DNA of 64,000 nt from the human T2T-CHM13v2.0 reference genome, Homo sapiens, in assembly GCF_009914755.1 (NCBI RefSeq), contig NC_060935.1; one strand, written 5' to 3'. Made by a program: the position numbers and the translations under genes. Below are positions 17,114 to 32,493 of the stretch, piece by piece (positions within the stretch are counted from its first letter, which is position 1; each line of letters starts with the position of its first letter). The notes beneath the pieces were generated by a model. It searched no databases. It was not told the DNA's origin and worked only from the letters and a program-made list of their open reading frames with translations.

Positions 17114-17982
17114 ACCCTAAAGTTCTTATTTAGGGTTCGATTCTAGCTTCTCAAAGTTTACATAAGAGGTTAACAGTTATACAGATGTGCAATGACTGAT
17201 TTTTCCTCTCAAAATGTAACAGGCCCCTCTAACACACATAATAAAAGTAAGTCAATGTGTGAGGGTGACCTGGCAGATCCCAAGCACAGCCCCGTGTGCT
17301 TCCTGCAAAATCCCACCATGCTGCCCAGTGACCCTCCTGGGCATCAGGCATAGTAGCTTCCCCTTCTTTTAAAAGCTGATACCTGAAGAGAACATACCCA
17401 GGTGAATCAGGAATGTATCAGTGTGAGCCCCTTCTCCTAAGCTGAAGTTTTCCCAGTCTAGCTGTCAAAGTCGAGGGCTTCCAGCCTCCACAGGTCCCTT
17501 TCTACTTTGGAAGATGCATCCCCTCTGATGACCTTAAACCTATCTCTGGAAAAATTGATCTCACAGTTCATTTCACTGTTGGCTAGCCAGGTCTAGATTG
17601 CTGTTTACTGTGATGGGAGTTTCTTTCAATCCCCCAGGGCACAAACCAGAAAAAGAAAGAAAGTCAAACAGAGGTACACTGCCCTTACTCTAGAGATCCC
17701 GTTGCTAGATCCAAAGAATTCACTCTTTTAGTCAGCCCATGGTGTAAAGTCCACTTACTGCCCTGAAGGATCACAGAACAAAAAGGTTCAGGCAGCCACT
17801 TGTACTCTTTTGGGGTAGGCCCAAGTGACAGCCTGGTGGGCTTGTCACCATGTGAAAGATCCTCCTGTATCATACCCACCCCTTTCAGGCAATGTGAGCG
17901 AGTTAGCCTGGGTGAGCTGCCGCTACCCACTGCTTCACCTATTGGGAGGCTTTGAGGAGTTAGGATCAGAACCAGGGTCTTG

Positions 17983-18000
17983 AGCCCATCTGAGTCACCA
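17983..18000 (-). other. Primer binding site, tRNA-Arg-like
   Basis: Minus strand tggtgactcagatgggct, 4 nt after the 5' LTR end; 14/18 match to tggcgacccagatgggac (recalled complement of the tRNA-Arg(CCG) 3' end). Confidence 0.65.
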
Positions 18001-18004
18001 GGAT

Positions 18005-18490
18005 TGTTACTCACACAATAGGTGGGCTTTATCACTTGAGGGTTGACAGTCCAATGACCAAGGTGGATTTAGCTAGGGGATTTTATTACTTGCAACAAGT
18101 AAAGAGAACACTGAGGATAGTTCCCAAGGCAGTGGCTCCAAAACATCATTGAAAACAGCTTTTATTGAGTTGTTTAGCTGAGTCATTTTATGTAGAGAGG
18201 GAGTAAAGACAGTGCAGTCTCAGTCGCTGATCATGCAGAAGCATGTATAGAAAATGACAAATAAGCTCCTCCTGGGGTGGGGATTTTAGTATGGTAATGA
18301 GGGGAGTTCAGCAAAATTCACCTCCAACTCAGGCATCTCTGGATCCAAACAGTTTTTGTTTTTCTGGGGCAGAGCTTCTTCCCGGAACTTTTTTGAAATA
18401 AGAGCTCAAGGTACAATAGTTATAAGTGGGTCCCTTTTCACAGTGCATACCCAAAAATCTGGAGACCCTGGGTTACAAACCCCTGGTACT
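18005..18490 (-). mobile_element. 5' LTR of the provirus
   Basis: Homologous to the 3' LTR; AATAAA motifs on the minus strand; ends in CA before the PBS. Confidence 0.88.
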
Positions 18491-18573
18491 TGGGAGGATG
18501 TGTCCAGTAAAAGCAACACCAACAGAATAATAAATCACTCTGATCCAAATGATGCATCCACAGATTGCTGTGG

Positions 18574-18756
18574 AATTCAGCCACTCACATGTTCCTTTAT
18601 CCTAAATTTTTCAGTAAGAGCCTAGTCAATATATGTTTGTGTACTATTTGAAATTTAATAAATTAGGGCAGATTATGGTTGAAAGTTTGAAACCTCTTCC
18701 TGTTTCCTCTCTCATTGGCAACCGGCCCATTATACATGTGCAAATTCGGAGGCAAA
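18574..18756 (+). repeat. Left arm (source) of a ~183-bp inverted repeat
   Basis: Reverse complement of 19072-19253; about 17 differences counted by eye (~90% identity). Confidence 0.95.
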
Positions 18757-18988
18757 GACATATCAATTCTTTCCATGACCTGAAGTAAAAAGACCAATTG
18801 ACACATCCAGGAGGATTGGTTATGTTATAGAAAGAATAAAAAAGTATACATTTGTTCATGTAATCTCTTTATAAAGTCATTAGAATGAAATATTAAAATG
18901 AAAGTACTTATTACTAAAAATAAGTTTATCTACCTATCTATGCATAGATATATATGTCAGCTGAATGATAACTTGAGGCTTTGAATTA

Positions 18989-19306
18989 TTGGGTTGCTGC
19001 AAAAGTAATTTCAGTTTTCACCATTAAAAGTAATTACTTTTAATGTACTTTGCATATTTGGGAGGCATAAATTTGCCTCTAAATTTGCACATTTATAATG
19101 GGCTGATATCCATGAGAGGGGAAACAGGAAGATGTTTCAAACTTTCAGCCATAATCTGCCCTAATTTATTAAATTTTCAATACTACACAAACATATATTG
19201 ACTAGGCTTTTACTGAAAAATTTAGGAGAAAGGAACATCTGAGTGGCTGAATTAAAAATAATTACTTTTAATGGCAAAAGCTGCAATTGCTTTTGCACCA
19301 ACCTAA
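18989..19306. mobile_element. MADE1 (Hsmar1-derived MITE) split by a captured inverted copy of local DNA
   Basis: Left half ttgggttgctgcaaaagtaatttcagttttcaccatt and right half aatggcaaaagctgcaattgcttttgcaccaacctaa; TA flanks at 18987-18988 and 19307-19308; insert ~19046-19253. Confidence 0.92.
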
Positions 19307-19997
19307 TATTACTGCAATTTAAACAAACCTTGGAAGATGCTCTTTGCTAATTAACCAGCATGCAAATTTATGACCTGACAAACCACATTTCACTACTGGC
19401 TAATTTTATCTTCTCATTCAATCTGTTTAAAAAAAGAGCAATTTTTATAAAGCACTATTTTTTAATAAAAATTATTAAGTCCTAATCTAATTCTTTGAGA
19501 AAATAATTGAGTGAGAGAATTAAGTTTGATGTAGGTGCTCAAGTTAAGGGTTTAATGATTGTCTATTTACTGAAAAAAAGTCAGCAAATACTAAGAAACT
19601 ATACATAACCGAGAAATAGTCACAAAAATATGGTAAAATAACTAGATAGACTAGATAATAAATTACAACCTACATTCCCTACACACGTTCTTTCATTTTA
19701 CAATGTAGCCACATTAAACATATACAAACTCCCAAATTGCCTTACTGTAGGATCAGTTTATACATGTCTGTAATCCAAAATAACAAAAATAACAATACAG
19801 TACACTATGTCCCTCTCTTGAAAATTCACAGTACACACTGGTACATTAAATCTACTAAAAAAATCTCTGTAAATATTGTAAAATATTTACTGAGTATTGG
19901 CTGATTTCAATGAGCTCATCACATCATTTCTGTGTATCATTAACATTCGACTATTTCATGAAATATGCTTTGGGAAATACTTCTCTAAGTAACGATT

Positions 19998-20830
19998 TTT
20001 ATTCAGTTAGATAACATGTTTATTGAGCATCAGTAAGTGCAAGAATGAGAGAATCATGGCCTCTGCCTTTCTAAACTTTTTTTAGGGGAGCGGGGAGACA
20101 GAGAATAAATAAATTATTAGGTGAAAGAATTAAGTTTGATGTAGGTGCTCTGAAGAAATTTAACAGGGAAATATATCAACAAATATTGAGAAGGGAAAGC
20201 GCTCTCTGAGGAGAGTGACATTGGAGTATTAGCTGTTAAAGAGAGAGACAGGGTACAGGCCATGCAGAGCCTTACAGCCCCACAGTGAATGTTTTGTTTA
20301 TTTTGTTGGGATGGAACAAAGGGTTTTAAGCATCACGATAAAGAAATCTGGTTTATATTTGTGAAGCATATTCTGACTGCTTGCTATGGGGAGAATTGAA
20401 GGAAGAGAAACAAGAATAGAAAAAGGGAAGCTGAACATTATTGAAATTGTTGATTGAGATATGAGAATGGTACAAGCCAGAGTGGTGACAGTAGAGAGGG
20501 ATAAGAATGAACAAATCAAAATGCATTTTGGAGGTAAAGCTGCTAACAGGATTTGCTAGGGGATTTCATGTGGGGACTGATGGAATAAGGAGAATCAAGT
20601 ATGACTCCTTAAATTTCTGGATTTGAATCGTTGGATGAATAGTGATATCATTTACTGTATTAATGAAAAGTGGAAGAGGAATAGATTCGGTGAGAAAAAG
20701 TCAATTCTTTTTAATGTTACATTCAAGATGTTTTTTAGACAGCCAAGTGGAGATGTCAAGTAAATAGTAGATGATTCAAACTACAGAGAAAATGTTTGAC
20801 TTGGTTATACATTTCTAAGTTATTAACACA
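19998..20830 (-). mobile_element. L2 LINE fragment
   Basis: Antisense L2 (ttattcagttagataacatgtttattgagcatc...gccatgcagagcctt...agccaagtggagatgtcaagtaaatagtag). Confidence 0.75.
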
Positions 20831-21124
20831 TAACATATAACACCAATGATCTAAGAAACTCATATAGTGTCAGACATCTTTCTGGGTTATTTGATGCTAT
20901 AGGATTTGTGCCTTTCAATGTCTTTGAGCTACTTTACAACTACGAATGTAATAGATAACTAATAGCAATAAAAATAATTCTTGTCTAGAGATATGCAAAT
21001 TAATTTTGTCAGATGGAAAGACAATTGAGTCTCTCATGCTCCAAATCAGTTTTGTATAAATTTCTACATACTGATCCTCCTATTACCAAATAGTCTTTTA
21101 TCTTTTTCATCCTCTTTGAAATAA

Positions 21125-21280
21125 TCTTGCTTATTTAATGGTTTGATAATGTTCTTCCTGCTTCATCTAACTAGAAAGTGAGGTCTAGAAAGTCAGAGTC
21201 ATTACTTGTGTTTAGTTCACTATTACAAACCAAGCAGATAAAAATGCCTGATATTAAAATAAAGTCTCAATAAACCTTTT
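21125..21280 (+). mobile_element. L2 3' end
   Basis: ctagaaagtgaggtctagaaagtcagagtc...gttcactatt...tgcctgatatt...ctcaataaac resembles the L2 tail. Confidence 0.55.
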
Positions 21281-21374
21281 TAAGTATAATCTAATGATGG
21301 CATTTTTATTGCCTCTTGGAAAACAATCTTCAAAGAAAAAGAAGAGAGCAAGAACATAGTTTGGTTGTTATGCA

Positions 21375-21560
21375 CATGGACCTGGCTCTGCCCCTGACAA
21401 TACATGTGACTTTCTGCAAGATACTTAACATCTCTGTACCTTAGTTTTCTCATTCATACAATAAGGATAATAATTATACTCACCTCATAAGATTGTTATG
21501 AGAATTAAAAGTTGCAGTTTTTAAGTGCCTAGGAAAGTTCTTTTTATCTAGTAAGTACTA
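21375..21560 (+). mobile_element. MIR SINE
   Basis: MIR core: tgtgactttctgcaagatacttaacatctctgtaccttagttttctcatt...cacctcataagattgttatgagaattaaa. Confidence 0.75.
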
Positions 21561-23009
21561 TATGTGTTTGTTGGATAAATAACAACAGAGTGGAAAACTC
21601 AAATTATATTTCAATGTTTTATGTATCTTTCCTTTCCAGTTTCAGTTCTTCCCTACTTGACAAGTTCTTTCAATGAAGTATACAGTTGGGTAAAAGTACT
21701 TAGTCAATTTCTTTTATTTTAAATTTCCTGTTTCTTTATGCTCACACCTGTCATTACTCAAGGCAATTTTTAGGTGCAGTGTCTGGAGAGAGAGGAATGC
21801 ATCCTTCATTTTGTAAGATATGTATGGTTTCAATTATTTATAATGTTTATTAATCAGCCAACATTCCTTAGGTAGCTAGAACTCACATTTAATATTTTGT
21901 AGATGGAGTATTTTACTTATTTATTTATTTATTTTAACTGAGGGAAGTTTTATTTTCAGGATTTTATTACATCTTGTCATTCTCTGAAGAGTAGCTTAAA
22001 TTCTTTCTCTGCACATGACATTTTTCTAAAGAATTTTGCACTGGAGGAACTTAGATTTTGTACTATTGTGAATATCCTTGTCAAATCCTTTTTCATGACA
22101 TTTCAGGTCTTGGAAAGCAGTGTTCAAAAACATATCAAACATTTGAGAAGATGTTGACATCCTTAAGTGATTCAAAACAACTTCCTCCTGTTTTTCCATA
22201 GTTACATTATCTCTTCTAGGTTTAAAAAAAAGTAGCCTAGAGCGGGCTCTGGGCAAAAGAGTTAAGTTCAAAACCTCAGCCTCCCTTTTAAAATTCTTCA
22301 AATTTTGTCCCTTCTCTATCTTTTAAAAATCATCTTGATTACATTTTTCATGCAACTGGTTTTTTTTTTTTCAGTTTTATTGACTTACCAAGCTTTTTTT
22401 TTTTACAATACTGATTTTTTTTTTCTTGCCTCTGGCTTTTTGCTCAAGCTGTTTCCTCTGCCTAGAATGTTCTTTTCCCCCATATAAACCCAATACAAAT
22501 ATTTCTGAATCCCACTCAAATTTCACACTCTCCAAGATGCCTGCCGAGATACAACCAAGAATTTTATATGCCTCTCTTTCTTCTCTATATCATGTTTGTA
22601 ACTCTATCAAGTTTTCACCATTTGCCTTAAACCAAAATTTCTCCATTTATTTCTCTGTGATTATTTATTTAATTGAGTGCTCCTGGCCTCAATTTATTTT
22701 TTTAGTTATTCTGGACTACAGGCTGCTGTAGAATGTGTTCCCAAGGTGAGTTTTTGATACATACATGCCTGCTAAACATAATCATTCTTTTATTATTATT
22801 ATTATTATACTTTAAGTTTTAGGGTACATGTGCACAATGTCTAGGTTAGTTACATATGTATACATGTGCCATGCTGGTGTGCTGCACCCACTAACTCGTC
22901 ATCTAGCATTAGGTATATCTCCCAGTGCTATCCCTCCCCCCTCCCCCCACCCCACAACAGTCCCCAGAGTGTGATGTTCCCCTTCCTGTGTCCATGTGTT
23001 CTCGTTGTT

Positions 23010-26835
<3,826 letters not shown>

Positions 26836-26899
26836 TATGATGTTAGCTGGTTATTTTGCTCGTTAGTTGATGCAGTTTCTTCCTAGTCTCAATGGTCTC

Positions 26900-27916
26900 T
26901 ACATTTTGGCATGATTTTGCAGCGGCTGGTACTGGTTGTTCCTTTCCATGGTTAGCACTTCCTTCAGGAGCTCTTTTAGGGCAGGCCTGGTGGAGACAAA
27001 ATCTCTCAGCATTTGCTTGTCTGTAAAGGAATTTTATTTCTCCTTCACTTATGAAGCTTAGTTTGGCTGGATATGAAATTCTGGGTTGAAAATTCCTTTC
27101 TTTAAGAATGTTGAATATTGGCCCCCACTCTCTTCTGGCTTGTAGAGTTTCTGCCGAGAGATCCGCTGTTATTCTGATGGGCTTCCCTTGGAGGGTAACC
27201 CGACCTTTCTCTCTGGCTGCCCTTAACATTTTCTCCTTCATTTCAACTTTGGTGAATCTGACAATTATGTGTCTTGGTGTTGCTCTTCTCGAGGGGTATC
27301 TTTGTGTCGTTCTCTGTATTTCCTGAATCTTAATGTTGGCCTGTCTTGCTAGATTGGGGAAGTTCTCCTGGATAATATCCTGCAGAGTGTTTTCCAACTT
27401 GGTTCCATTCTCCCCGTCACTTTCAGGTACACCAATCAGACGTAGATTTGGTCTTTTCACATAGTCCCATATTTCTTGGAGGCTTTGCTGATTTCTTTTT
27501 ATTCTTTTTTCTCTAAACTTCACTTCTCACTTCATTTCATTCATTTCATCTTCCATCGCTAATACCCTTTCTTCCAGTTGATCACATTGGCTCCTGAGGC
27601 TTCTGCATTCTTCATGTAGTTCTCGAGCCTTGGCTTTCAGCTCCATCAGCTCCTTTAAGCACTTCTCTATATTGGTTATTCTAGTTTTACATTCTTCTAA
27701 ATTTTTTTCAAAGTTATCAACTTCTTTGCCTTTGGTTTGAATGTCCTCCCGTAGCTCGGAGTAATTTGATCATCTGAAGCCTTCTTCTCTCAGTTCATCA
27801 AAGTCATTCTCCATCCAGCTTTGTTCCGTTGCTGGTGAGGAACTGTGTTCCTTTGGAGGAGGAGAGGCGCTCTGCTTTTTAGAGTTTCCAGTTTTTCTGC
27901 TCTGTTTTTTCCCCAT
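26900..27916 (-). pseudogene. L1 ORF1, disrupted
   Basis: ATG at 27916; CGA>TGA stop near 27529; frameshift near 27030; RRM motifs RPNLRLIGVPE and REKG retained. Confidence 0.93.
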
Positions 27917-28820
27917 CTTTGTGGTTTTATCTACTTTTGGTCTTTGATGATGGTGATGTACAGATGGGTTTTTGGTGTGGATGTCCTTTCTGTTTGTTAG
28001 TTTTCCTTCTAACAGACAGGACCCTCAGCTGCAGGTCTGTTGGAGTACCCGGCCATGTGAGGTGTCAGTCTGCTCCTGCTGGGGGGTGCCTCCCAGTTAG
28101 GCTGCTCGGGGGTGAGGGGTCAGGGACCCACTTGAGGAGGCTGTCTGCCCATTCTCAGGTCTCCAGCTGCGTGCTGGGAGAACCACTGCTCTCTTCAAAG
28201 CTGTCAGACAGGGACATTTAAGTCTGCAGAGTTTACTGCTGTCTTTTTGTTTGTCTGTGCTCTGCCCCCAGAGGTGGAGCCTACAGAGGCAGGCAGGCCT
28301 CCTTGAGCTGTGGTGGGCTCCATCCAGTTCGAGCTTCCTGGCTGCTTTGTTTACCTAAGCAAGCCTGAGTGATGGTGGGCGCCCCTCCCCCAGCCTCGCT
28401 GCCGCCTTGCAGTTTGATCTCAGACTGCTGTGCTAGCAATCAGCGAGACTCCGTGGGCATAGGACCCTCTGAGCCATGTGCGGGATAAAATCTCCTGGTG
28501 CGCCGTTTTTTAAGCCTGTCAGAGAAGCGCAGTATTCGGGTGGGAGTGACCCAATTTTCCACGTGCCGTCTGTCACTTTCTTTGACTAGGAAAGGGAGCT
28601 CCCTGACCCCTTGCGCTTCCCGAGTGAGGCAATGCCTCACCCTGCTTCGGCTCGCGCACGGTGCATGCACCCACTGACCTGCGCCCACTGTCTGGCACTC
28701 CCTACTGAGATGAATCCAGTACCACAGATGGAAATGCAGAAATCACCCATCTTCTGCGTCGCTCACGCTGGGAGCTGTAGACCGGAGCTGTTCCTATTCG
28801 GCCATCTTGGCTCCTCTGTC
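27917..28820 (-). promoter_or_regulatory. L1 5'UTR internal promoter (sense and antisense)
   Basis: 904-nt CpG-containing 5'UTR with an intact YY1 site (gccatcttgg at 28801-28810). Activity is not shown by sequence alone. Confidence 0.8.
28372..28488 (+). pseudogene. L1 ORF0 (antisense ORF), truncated to 38 codons
   Basis: MVGAPPPASLPPCSLISDCCASNQRDSVGIGPSEPCAG* matches the ORF0 N-terminus; premature TAA at 28486. Confidence 0.8.
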
Positions 28821-29694
28821 CTAAATATAATCATTCTGCATTGACCATGGAATCAGTCTGCATTGAAGCTGAGTTCAGATATTGCCTATACTCCTATCAT
28901 TGGTAAACTAACCTCTAGTGTTCATTATATTCATCTGTAAAGTGAGAATAAAACCAGCTACTTATAAAACTGTTCTGGGGATTAAATGAAATAATATTGC
29001 AAAAGTGGTATTTAATCTGATTGCTGTAATTTATCTTCTACATTTTCCTAGGTATTTTGTCTCCTTTCTGATGTCTTCTGGGCAGCATTTGCCATGCTGA
29101 ACTTTTTCTTCCTTTCATATTGAGTTTCTTATTTTCCATTGAGTAAATTGCTTTGTGTATTTCTTAATTTGGTAATACATGTCTTCATTTCTAATTTAAA
29201 TGTTTTATATAAAATTTAGAAATTCAATGATACTACCAAACATATTTGCTTATTTTAATCAATATGTAACACCATTGTAATGATTAGGGGAGTTGGGTGA
29301 TAGCTACACATGATGGTGATCAGAACAGCAGACCACAGGTATCTGCTGGTGATAGCTACAGATGTGCTTTTTTGTTAGTCTGGATTATAAAGAGATGGGT
29401 TGTGATTTTCAGAGAAGACTCTTAAGAATACATAAACATTGGTACATTATTGCATTTTTTCTTTTACTGTTTTGTTCCAAAAAGAAATGAGTAGATGAAC
29501 AAAAATGAAAGAAAATAATAAAATGTAGACCAGTCTCTTCAACTGCTTGTTACATAATTTAGTATAATATATTTGGGCAGTGAGGAGTTTGGAAATAGAT
29601 TATTAAACCTTTGAAGAATTTTTCAACTGTAATAACTGTTTTCTTTACTAATACCAATGATTGTTTTGATTCCATTACATGACAAGAAAAATAG

Positions 29695-29874
29695 TTACCA
29701 CACTGCCACTTTTTAGCTGTACGCTCTTGGTTGGCAAGTTACTTAAACTCTCTATGCTTCAATTTAGTCCTTGTTAAAATAAGGGGTAATAATTGCACCT
29801 ACCTGATAGACCTTTGTTTTGAAGAATAATGAAATAATGGAGTATTTGAAAAGTACCTGGCATACAGTAGGTGC
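29695..29874 (+). mobile_element. MIR SINE (split by LTR1; tail resumes ~30692)
   Basis: ggcaagttacttaaactctctatgcttcaattt...gtacctggcatacagtaggtgc. Confidence 0.7.
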
Positions 29875-30691
29875 TGAAATGGACAGGAGACGGGGAAATA
29901 CTGGGTAGAAGAGGGTGGTGGACTGGCCAGGGCCCCACCTTAAGCCTGGAAACCTGTGGCACTAAATGGGAACAGGCATTTCTGTTTTTGCAAATATTGC
30001 CTTTTTGCCTGCCACACTCCCCTATCCTGTAATCATATAAACCCCAAACCCAAGGCTCCACGAGCAGATAAGCAAAGGAACAGGAGAGCAAAAGAGTGGC
30101 AGAATGGTGTGGCAGAGAAGGAAGGAAGAGAAAGAGCACCTGAACGTTGAGAGGGGTTCAGTTGGGGATGATTGGAGAGGAGATTGGCCACTGGATGGCA
30201 AAACTCTAGGGGAAGATCATCTTCACACTCCATCCTCTTTCCACCTCCCCTTCCGTCCTGCTGAGAGCCACCTCCATCACCCAGTAAAACCCCCACGTTC
30301 ACTATCCTTCAAGTCCGTGTGTGAACTGATTTTTCTTGAATGTTGGACAAGAGCTCAGGATACAGAAAGCTGTCATGCTGGCCCTCTGCCCTTGTGAAAA
30401 AGCAGAGGGTCCACTGAGCTGTTTAATACTTAAGCCATTCATGGACGGCAAAGCTAAAAGAGTGCACTGTAACACACGCCCACTTGGGCTTCAGGAGACG
30501 GAGGCATCCACCCTTAGATGCTACCGTGGGGCCAGAGCCCCCAAAAAGCACTTGCTCTGGCTTCTGCACCTGCCCATCTGCATGCTACCCCTCCTGTAAG
30601 GGGTTTGAGCTTACAAGATGATGGCCTAACAGACAAGCCACACCCCTGTCACTCATCCTGCAAGGGGTGGTCAGGGAACTCTCCTGTTTCA
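29875..30691 (+). mobile_element. LTR1-family solo LTR (ERV1)
   Basis: TG...CA termini (tgaaatggacaggagacggggaaatactgggtagaagaggg ... cagggaactctcctgtttca); perfect 4-bp TSD GTGC. Confidence 0.88.
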
Positions 30692-31911
30692 GTGCTATAC
30701 AAGTTTCACTATAATAATTATAATGATAACAACTATTATTATACTCAAATTAAGCTAGTCCCAAAATTCAAGAGAGCTGAGAAAAGTTTCAGGAAAATTA
30801 TGATCCTATACAAAGCCCCAGGTGAATACAGTCTTTTAGATTTAAGTGCAAGGAAAGACAGTGTTGCTTTCTCTGAAGAATGTCTGTGTTTTCTTCCATG
30901 TTTCCCTTTTTTTTTCTTTGCCATCAGTAAGTGTCAAAATAAAATTCACATTTAGCTGTAGCAAAGTGTTGAATCTTAAGCCTACATATTTTAATTTTAT
31001 TCTTACAGCCCTATTACAAATTTTAATTTACTTTTAAAATAATTTTATTTGATATCTTATTTATATTTTAGTCTTTTTACTATGTTTATTGTAATTTATA
31101 TCAATTTATCTCTTTATTTTTTCACCAAATATATGCTGAATACATTTATATACATATACTCTGGTAGATGTCAGGGGTTCAAATAGTAGTAAGAAATGTA
31201 AAACAAAAAAGCTAGGGAAAAAAGAGCCCTGCATCAATTGAAATTGTGGTCTAGTTAAAGGGACTGTTATTAACATTTAACCACACAAATGAATTTGAAA
31301 ATTTAATAACTATAAGGGGTGGATGCATGAAAGTATGGGAGCTTTTTGCTGAATAAATGACCTACTTAGAAAATCCAAGGAAAATGTATCTAGGGAATTG
31401 ATATCTTAGTTAGATCTGATAGAAGACATAAGGTTAATAAAAACAAATTTGAGTGTCGTGTGTGTATATATGCATGATGCATTTCAGGCATTGGAAAAAC
31501 ATTTACCTAGTTCTGGTGGTGAGAAGGGAATGGTGTAGTTCACAAGACTACAAGATGGACTGTGACTGAAAGCACACAATAAAAAGGAATGCGACTGACA
31601 GTCAAGGGGAATGGAGAGGGAGGTAGGGGCAGGAGGACACAGGGCCTTGTGGCTACTAAAGTGTTTTGGTGGAAGATGGGTATAAGTGTTGTCATGATTA
31701 AATGAGGGAAAGGAATGAAAATCCATCAATAGAGGAATGATTGGATATATTATGGCACTTCCAATTAAATATTACACATCCACAAAACATAAAGAAATAG
31801 TGATACCCTTTGGTAGACAAAATTCTAAAAATTGCTCTGTGAATATGATAAAATATTACTCCCATGATTACATTTTTTATATAGCTCTGTTGACCTTAAA
31901 ATGGGGTGATT

Positions 31912-32458
31912 CCATATAAACATAATTAAAAACAAAAACGATATGATAATCTCAATAGATGTGGGAAAAGCTCTCTATAAAATCCAGTATCCCTTCATGA
32001 TAAAAGCCCTCAACAAACTAGGCAGTAAAGGAGCATATCTCAAAATAATAAGAGTCATATATGACAAACCCACAGCCAATATCATTATAATGAGCAAAAG
32101 CTGGAAGCATTCCCCTTGAGTACTAGAACAAGACAAGGAAGTTTGCCTTCACCACTTCTATTCAACATAGTTCTGGAAGTCCTTGCCAGAGCAATGAGGC
32201 AACAGAAAGAAACAAAATGAATCCAGATAGAAAAGGGGGAAGCCAAACTCTCTCTCTTCACTGACAATATGATTCTATACCTAGAAAAACCTATAGATTC
32301 CACCAAAAAGCTCCGGGAACTGATAAATGATGAATGATAAATAAACTGGTAAAAGTTTCAGGATATAAAAATCAATGTATAAAAATCAGTAGCATTTCTA
32401 TAAACCAATAATATTCAAGCTGAGAGTCAAATCAAAAATGCAATTCCATTCACAGTAG

Positions 32459-32493
<35 letters not shown>

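Larger units (their letters stand above)
9902..18490 (-). mobile_element. Decayed ERV1 (gammaretrovirus-like) provirus: LTR-PBS-gag-pro-pol-delta env-PPT-LTR
   Basis: Two homologous LTRs, PBS, PPT, gag MA motif FFCNTAWPQ, RT LQYVDD, IN GFSPFEILYGRP and a gamma-type TM tail. Exact family not identified. The outer LTR boundary is ambiguous by ~13 bp (18477 vs 18490). Confidence 0.92.

Noticed and set aside
22720-22752. Strong 5' splice site aag|gtgagt suggesting an exon
   Set aside because: An isolated motif is expected by chance in 64 kb; no recognisable coding frame.
29774-30955. Cluster of 60-145 aa ORFs on both strands
   Set aside because: They lie in or start from the GC-richer LTR1 solo LTR, where stop codons are scarce; no protein similarity.
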